Source: Eledone cirrhosa (Eukaryota). Taken from it: a DNA stretch of 64,000 nucleotides. The position numbers and the translations under genes were made by a program. The DNA is taken from the NCBI GenBank assembly GCA_964016885.1, contig CAXHJY010000114.1, positions 1 through 64,000 of the forward strand, given 5' to 3'. Within the stretch, counting starts at the first letter, position 1. Every line of letters starts with the position of its first letter. This document shows, in pieces, positions 55,441-64,000 of the stretch. The notes under the pieces are model-generated. The model did not search any database and was not told the DNA's origin. It saw only the letters and a list, made by a program, of their open reading frames with translations.

Positions 55441-55594
55441 TAACCCCGAATGAACCAGCAGTACCACCGGTAGAGGTTGAAGCTGTGTACATCTATTCCA
55501 ACGGTCGATGACCGCGGAGTTATTTTATCTGTTGCTGCTTTTGAAATAACAACAGGTTAAATACTATACACATGCATATATATATATATATATA

Positions 55595-56470
<876 letters not shown>

Positions 56471-56502
56471 ATATATATATGACATGAAAAGAGAGAGTGA
56501 GA

Positions 56503-56567
<65 letters not shown>

Positions 56568-57235
56568 AATTATATGTATAAATATAAATATCTGACATAT
56601 AGGAAAAGAGAAAAACTCTCTTGTTTCACTATCAAGAGAAAAGGAAGTGAATGAGAGGGAAGGGAAGTAAATCTACGAAGACGGACGATGTGGATAGAAA
56701 TAGACTCATACATTAATATGCCAATGTTGAAAACGACGGATAGACAAAATGAGGGGGGATGCACAACAAGAGATAAGTATATGAAAAGCGAAAACGAAGC
56801 AGAGACATAAATATGATATTAATGCTAAAGGGAAAACACATTGATCGCTACTTGAAGAATAATAAAATGATATACAGTATTCAATAGACAAAAAAGAACA
56901 GAATTGATTGTCTGTTTCCATTTACGAGAAAAGAAAAGTCAGTTAACCAAACGTCTACAGTTTTCATACGAAATGCTTCTGAACAACAGCACTTAACTTA
57001 AAGGCAACCTTTGACACAAAGATGCCAGTTACGAAAGAAAACTCTATGATATCTTTATTGTATCTTTATAGTATTTCAAAGAGCTAAAAACTTTTGAAAA
57101 TTTTCTAAAGAAATTCCATTTTTAAGGTAAATAATATTTTCAGCTTGTGGGAAGAATAAAGTTTCTTAAAATCTTAATTTTATGACATGTTCAGATGAGT
57201 CCGTTTCTTAGAAATAGAAGTGTCAATATAAAATA

Positions 57236-58315
57236 ATTGTTTCTACTTTAGGCACAAGGCCAGCAAATACCCAGTGCATTACTGGTACTTTATTTTATCG
57301 ACCCTGTAAGGATGAAAGGCAAAGTTAACCTCGGCGGGATTTGAACTCAGAATGGAAAGGGCCGTAACTCTATGCTGCAAAGCATGGCGTCAGACCCTCT
57401 AACGATTCTGCCAAATCACCGCCCTCAATATAAAATAATAGAGCCATGTTGGTATTTCGCAATCTAAATATGCCCCATATTGGAGAACAAATACTGTTAA
57501 ACATTCCACGATATCCCATCAGATGTTCTAACAATTCCGTCTATTCACTGTCCTATATTAGTATTTTATTATATATACCACGAAAAGGATAAAAGGCAAA
57601 GTTGACCAGCTCGGGGTTTGAATTCAGAAAACATATGCTCTAATCTATTCTGCCCTACACTAATTAACCTCATAAAAATAATTGTTTCTACTTTTGGCAC
57701 AAGACTAGCAATTACCCAGTGCATTACTGGTACTTTATTTTATCGACCCTGTAAGGATGAAAGACAAAGTAAACCTCGGCGGGATTTGAACTCAGAATGG
57801 CAAGGACCGTAACTCTATGCGTCAAAGCATGGCGTCCGACCCTCTACCGATACTGCCAATCCACCTCATAAAAATAATAGTTTCTGATTTAGTGTCAAAG
57901 TCAATACATTTTGGGGAGGGGAAAGTCGATTAAATCGACCCCAGTGTGTTACTGGTGCTTTATTTTGCTGACCCCACAAAGATGAAAGGCAAAGCTAACC
58001 ACTGCGGGATTTGAACTCAGAACGTAAAGAGACGTATCTAAATGCCGCAACTATATACCGATACTACCAATCCACCACCCTTAACCATATAAAAATAATG
58101 ATTTCTAGTATAGGCACAAGGCCAGTAATATGGGGGGAGGGAAAAGTCGATTAAATCGACCCGAGTACGTTACTGGTACTTTATTTTATCGACCCCGTAA
58201 GTATCAAAGGCAAAGTTAACTTAGGCGGGATTTGAACTCAGATCATAAAGGCCCGTAACTCTATGCTGCAAAGCATGACGTCCGACCCTCTACCGATACT
58301 GCCAATTCACCGCCC
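57236..58315 (-). mobile_element. Tandem cluster of 4-5 OK-like tRNA-derived SINEs
   Basis: Copies at about 57236-57423, 57565-57650 (partial), 57681-57867, 57878-58081 and 58097-58315, all in the same orientation, with A box TGGCAGAATCG and B box GTTCAAATCCC. Confidence 0.88.
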
Positions 58316-58452
58316 TTAACCACATAAAAATAATAAAATCAATATATTATTTTTTGGCCATAGAAGTAATTTAATTTATTATATTTTCTAAAATATGCTG
58401 TGTTATGCATACATATTCAGTTTATAAATAAACTAGTTTGTGGTTGACTTAC

Positions 58453-58935
58453 GAACCATTTGGAAAAAATTGAAAATATATTTGCCACAATGCAGATAAC
58501 TATTATTATAGTTGGATATATCGGGTATAGTACGTCAAGAAACAGAAACAAGTGCACAAAGACGCCTGTTGGAGTCTCTATTCACTTTTACACGTAAAAC
58601 ATTAACAACAATTATTGTAGCGAATATATTTTCAAATTTCCAGATATGTGTGTACAGACCTGCCAAGCTCTAAAAACCCATGAAAACCATGAAAAAAAGT
58701 GCCCCAAAACGAGGAGAAATGAAGCGAAATAGGGAGATTTTACATAATGAAAGCTATACCCATTTTCACAAGAGAAGACATCTCTCACCCACTCGAAAGT
58801 GGGTGAGAGGTCTCCGCGTCGGTCGAGGAGAGTTGACAGGTTTTGTGTGATTGTTCGACTTTCGCCAGGTCTGTTGATGAGTGTTCTAGTGGGTTGATCA
58901 ACAGGAGGTTCTAATCGTGACAGCAACGTGTTAGT
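58453..58935 (-). other. Candidate non-coding first exon / promoter region of the receptor gene
   Basis: Unique, relatively CpG-rich island next to a long (GA)n tract; donor-like TTC|GTAAGT at 58453/58452. Inference only. Confidence 0.3.
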
Positions 58936-58936
58936 G

Positions 58937-59045
<109 letters not shown>

Positions 59046-59333
59046 GGGAGGAGAAAGGTGAGAATCCAGCGTTGGACTGGTACTTTATTTATCGTCCTGG
59101 AAATGATGAAATGGAAAGTGGGTAAAGCCATGATTTGAACTCAATGTGCAGAGAATGGGAACAAATATTGCTCTGAGTTAAAAAACAAAACAAAACAAAA
59201 TATTGCTCTCAACTGAATATTATGGCGTAAAAGAAATTATGGAAAAGAAAAAAAATGAAGAAAATTAAACAGATTAAAATTGAACAGAGACATATCTTTA
59301 CTATAACATGTTTGCAAGCCAGCTGTTGTCTAT

Positions 59334-59386
<53 letters not shown>

Positions 59387-59682
59387 GAGTCTCCCTGACA
59401 CAAGCACTGACACACCCAGTCTCTCTCTCTCACATAGTCTCTCAAATAAGCACGTGTACCACACATAATTAAACGTTGGTGATGACAGGCATCGGTTTCG
59501 TTTAATTAATATATACAAAGACTCTAGTATTGAGTCTCTCTTCCCAGTTATTGTTTCTCTGTTTTGAAATCGTTAATATTTAGAACACTTACTAATTCTT
59601 TAACACATACACACACATATATACACGCACATATACATATACACACTCACATACACACACATACACTCTCTCACACACACAC

Positions 59683-59724
<42 letters not shown>

Positions 59725-59822
59725 ATATATTATATATATGTATATATATATGTATGTATATATATGTATATATATGTATATATATATATAGATATATGTG
59801 TGTGTATATGTATACATGTATA

Positions 59823-61228
59823 TCTAATATATATTTGTGAAATGGGTGGTGGTTGAAATTCAGATGTGCACGGTTACATGGTAGTAGACGTGGTCGGGCG
59901 GACATGAAAATTTACACACCTATGTAAAAAGTGCCAAGGAAGCAAATAGACGAGGTTTCAAATCTCTAACTTGAAAAATGTGGTCCCTAGGGCCCCCAAA
60001 CGGTCTATTTACTATCGCTTCCGGTAAGTTATTTCCCCCTGTTCTAATACTTGGATGAGTTATTTTCCGTAGTCGCTTTCAATATTCATTGTCTTATTTA
60101 CAATTTCATAAAAAATTTTAAACTCATCAATTTTTCATAACATATAAAACACAACGTTCTTTCGCTGTTTTTGAAAAATATTATTGAAAGTTTATTATAA
60201 AGAAGCAGTTTCAGAAAAAAAAATAGAAATATGCACTTGGGGCTGGACGGCGTACAATGAGAAGTGGAGCGACGTGAAAAGCGTTGTTTATTAACAGCGA
60301 AATAGCAATGTCGATGATATGCAAGTTTGAAAATGCAGATTATGAAGGTTTGTATGATAGTTTACACTTTGATTGCCCTGGTCAGCAAGATAGTTTACAC
60401 TTTGATTGCCCTAATAAGCGTCTATATATTAGACGCTTATTAGAAGAGGGGGAAATAACTAACCCCAGTATTAGAACAGGGCGTTCGCAATGTAAGGATT
60501 TCATTTCTTTTGTTAGAAAACAGTGACCTTTTTCGGTTTTGCATTATCATTTTTATTTTTATTCTAATACATGTTAACCACCAATAAACTTAAGGAATGG
60601 GATCTATAAGCCCTTTGGTTGCCGAGTTAATAAATTCAGTTTTTTTTTTTAATATTCATTGTCTTATTTAAAATAACATATCAAAGACAACGTTATTTCG
60701 CTGTTAATAAACTGTTGCCTTCTACAGTAAGTTTCATTTTCATTTTTCAATTACAGTTGCTATATATTAAATTTAAATACTTCTATAATGATCATACAGT
60801 ACCGTTTTATGCAGTAGAATTTTACGAAATGCCAAACCGAAAAAGGTCACTGTTTTCTAACAAAAGAAATAAAACCCTTAGATTGCGAACCCCTGTTCTA
60901 ATACTGGGGTTAGTTATTTCCCCCTCTTCTAATAAACGTCTAATATATAGAGGCCCCTCTTGCTGACCAGGGCAATCAAAGTGTAAACTATCATACAAAC
61001 CTTCATAATCTGCATTTTCAAACTTGCATATCATCGACATTGCTATTCCGCTGTTAATAAACAACGCTTTTCACGTCGCTCCACTTCTCATTGTACGCCG
61101 TCCAGCCCCAAGTGCATATTTCTATTTTTTTCCGTGAAACTGCTTCTTTATAATAAACTTTCAATAATATTTTTCAAATTATTAACTTAATAAAAAGTGG
61201 CCCCGGGTGCAACCGGGCTCAGCTGCTA

Positions 61229-61229
<1 letters not shown>
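59823..61229 (+). mobile_element. Non-autonomous Helitron containing a ~370-bp internal inverted duplication
   Basis: 5' A|TCTAATATATA; 3' hairpin CCCGGgtgcaaCCGGG then CTAG|T at 61226-61230; arms 60171-60543 and 60828-61177. Confidence 0.78.
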
Positions 61230-61273
<44 letters not shown>

Positions 61274-61276
61274 TAT

Positions 61277-61353
<77 letters not shown>

Positions 61354-61499
61354 CATGCACGATATATAACATTATTAATAATTATTAATTAATTCTATCG
61401 TGCAATGCCTGTGTGTGAAGATATTTTTTAAAGTGAGGAAAGACTGTGCACTGAGCCAATCCCACTCTCTGAGCGACAGTAGCTATAACCCGAAAGAAG

Positions 61500-61871
61500 A
61501 AAAGATCAACATCATCGGTAACTACTGAGCCGCAGGTTTTATATCGGAGTTATCCCAGATTCCTGAGTTGCCTTCTCCTAGAAGAATGCTCTGACAAAGG
61601 CTAGGGGTCCTTCACTCCCAGTGGTTTAGCCGCGCGGTACATGTGTATATACATATTTACACAATTCCGCCCTTTGTCAGGTTTTGTTTTTTTGTCCTGC
61701 AGGGTGTCCAAAATCACCCTCCTCACCAAGTAAACTTGGTCGGGTTGCCGGTTTAGTCGCCCGACCATGCGACAGGTTGTGTTGGGTTACATGTTATAAG
61801 TAGCACGCAAGAGTGACCATACACATATATATATATATATACATACATATATATATGCATGTATATATATA

Positions 61872-61943
<72 letters not shown>

Positions 61944-62490
61944 TATGGTGGCTGCCAATTCGTTTTCGAGCACGGCCACTACTTTATATCCATGTAGGAG
62001 AACCCCTACCGATGCGCTGAACGAGTGTGACTTTTTAGTCCAGCCAGCGACTTGAAAACTCTGGTACAAAAACTACACTTGTGACAATTATTGACACATA
62101 GTGCTGGACCCATGGTACCATGTGACGACAAGTGCAGAGAGATCTCCAGATATAAAGCAATGCCTGTGCTGTGAAGCTTTTATAGTGAGCAAAGGCACTG
62201 CACAAAGCCAGTCCCACATTCTTAACCAAGATGATATTTACAAAAAAGAGGGACAAGTCAACATCATTGGATACCATCAGGGTTGCAGGTGTTATATCAG
62301 AGTTTTCCTTCTCATAGAATTCTGCCTTGACAAAGGCTAAGGGGTCATCTCTCCCGGTGATTTTGGATGGCCATTGAGTCTTAAGAGCCCCTTTGAGAGG
62401 TTTTGTTTTTAGTCCTGCAGGATGTCCAAAGTCACCCTCCTCACCAAGAAACCTTGGTGGGGTTGCCAGTTTAGTCGCCAACGACCCGAT
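61500..62490 (-). repeat. Two diverged copies of an RTE 5'-UTR-like repeat
   Basis: GTCCTGCAGG.TGTCCAAA.TCACCCTCCTCACCAAG...GGGTTGCC.GTTTAGTCGCC near 61695-61765 and 62413-62480. Confidence 0.55.
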
Positions 62491-62654
62491 GCATATATAT
62501 ACATAAATACATACACATACACATATATCTCTCTCTCTATATATACATATATATATATAATATATATATATACATAATAATATATATATAATATATACAC
62601 ATATATATATATATATATATTGAAAATTGCAAACTTGACTGTCGCCACACATTA

Positions 62655-62693
62655 TGAACCTGAAGATTGCGAAAGCATGAAAGTACTTGTTCA
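62655..62693 (+). ncRNA. Very compact minimal hammerhead ribozyme (39 nt)
   Basis: TGAAC CTGAAGA tTGC GAAA GCAt GAAA GTAC TT GTTCA: stem I 5 bp, GNRA-capped stem II, palindromic stem III. Confidence 0.85.
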
Positions 62694-62868
62694 ATTAACA
62701 CTTAACATTTAATATTCTACCATACTATTTCATTCTAATACCATTATAAATTTTAAAGGATTGTAAATAAAACGAGTAAATCAGACAAAGTTGGAATTCC
62801 TCTTATTAATATAATCTTCCATACACAATCATACACACCCGTGTATATTTATCTATCTATCTATCTAT

Positions 62869-62928
<60 letters not shown>

Positions 62929-63499
62929 ATATGTAGGTATATGGATATATATATATATATATATATGTATACACCACAAAATAAGAGAAAAAAATTACCC
63001 ATTGCAGAAGCTACTGCCAAGATTTTTTTGAGAAAATGAAAAAAAAAAAATGTTTTCTAATGTTTAAACTCTTGGATTCTGAGAATCCTTTGGCTCTTAG
63101 CCTTTAACTTTTGACAATTTTCTGAATTTTGGAGAGAAAAGAATTTTTTCTTAGTTCCCCTCCACAAAAGTATCTTTAACAGACAGGCTGAAGAAGACAC
63201 ACACAAAAACACACGCACAACAAACCCACACATACACAAACGTGTTTGTGCATGCATATACGCACACACATGTGGGTACTGTTGTATATACACCCTCACA
63301 CTCTCTCTATATACATATGTGTATATGTGTGTGTGTGTATGTATGTACACATACCAGCCTACCACAGAATTTAGCTCCTACATCGCCTATCTTCCTTTGA
63401 ACTATTGACCACTAGATTAAACAATACGTTCACAGCATATTTTTCAAATCAACTTCCTCCATTACAAAAAAACAAATACTGTTCTCATTTCCAACCAAC

Positions 63500-63850
63500 C
63501 CTTTCAACAAGAAGGATGGAAGAAAAATTATTCAAACATTCGATTTTGATTTTAATTTTGATTTTAATTTTAAACCTTTATTTTTTTTACTGCTATCAAC
63601 TCTTTTTAATCTTTTACACTACGGTATATTTGACAAGATGGATTTTAATACATCGAAACCGGTAATTTTTTCATATACTTTATATATTTATAAAAAAAGT
63701 TTTTTAAAAAAGAATTGCCCCTCTCTTTTTTTAATAACATTATATTTTTAATAACACTATCTTTTCAATAATGTCACTTTGACGAATCAAAAAAGAAAAA
63801 CAGACCCTTAAATATATTTCCCGTGCTATTTCCGATTTCATCTTTTCTCT
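63500..63850 (+). mobile_element. Decayed HHR-bearing element, family of 43598-44490
   Basis: TTGACAA GATG...CATC GAAA CCGG TA at 63630-63664; 3' end TAAATATATTTCCCGTGCT matches 44440. Confidence 0.6.
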
Positions 63851-63959
63851 CTCTTTCTCTCTCCCCTCTCTCTCTCTATATATATATATAGAGAGAGGTG
63901 TTATTGGAGAATTTATCTAAATGCGTCAAATATTCTTAACGAACACGTCGTCTTATAGT

Positions 63960-64000
<41 letters not shown>

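Noticed and set aside
57236-58315. tRNA genes
   Set aside because: The A/B boxes belong to SINE heads; no cloverleaf is evident.
61695-62480. Possible HDV-like ribozyme (CCCTCCTCACC) in the RTE-like repeats
   Set aside because: I could not build the nested double-pseudoknot pairing by eye.

Overview
Eukaryotic, AT-rich, microsatellite-dense genomic DNA, most likely from an octopus, judging by the receptor sequence and SINE families. One host gene is evident: the first coding exon of the octopus GnRH/corazonin-type receptor (minus strand, 50148-50639). I found no downstream coding exon, so most of the window is probably one very large intron. Positions 1-18,050 are a G/T-rich 16/20-bp satellite with kilobase-scale higher-order duplications. 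The rest contains SINEs, LINE fragments (R4/Dong, RTE, CR1-like), non-autonomous Helitrons, a solo LTR and several Penelope-like retroelements (PLEs; Naiad- and Neptune-type RT/GIY-YIG fragments). The most striking signal is more than a dozen minimal type I hammerhead ribozyme (HHR) motifs, intact or decayed, from many unrelated sequence families. Many occur as head-to-head pairs in short non-coding fold-back elements inserted into (TA)n tracts. At least one has a tail-to-head junction suggesting a retrozyme-like tandem or circular RNA template. All coordinates were read by eye; repeat boundaries are approximate.
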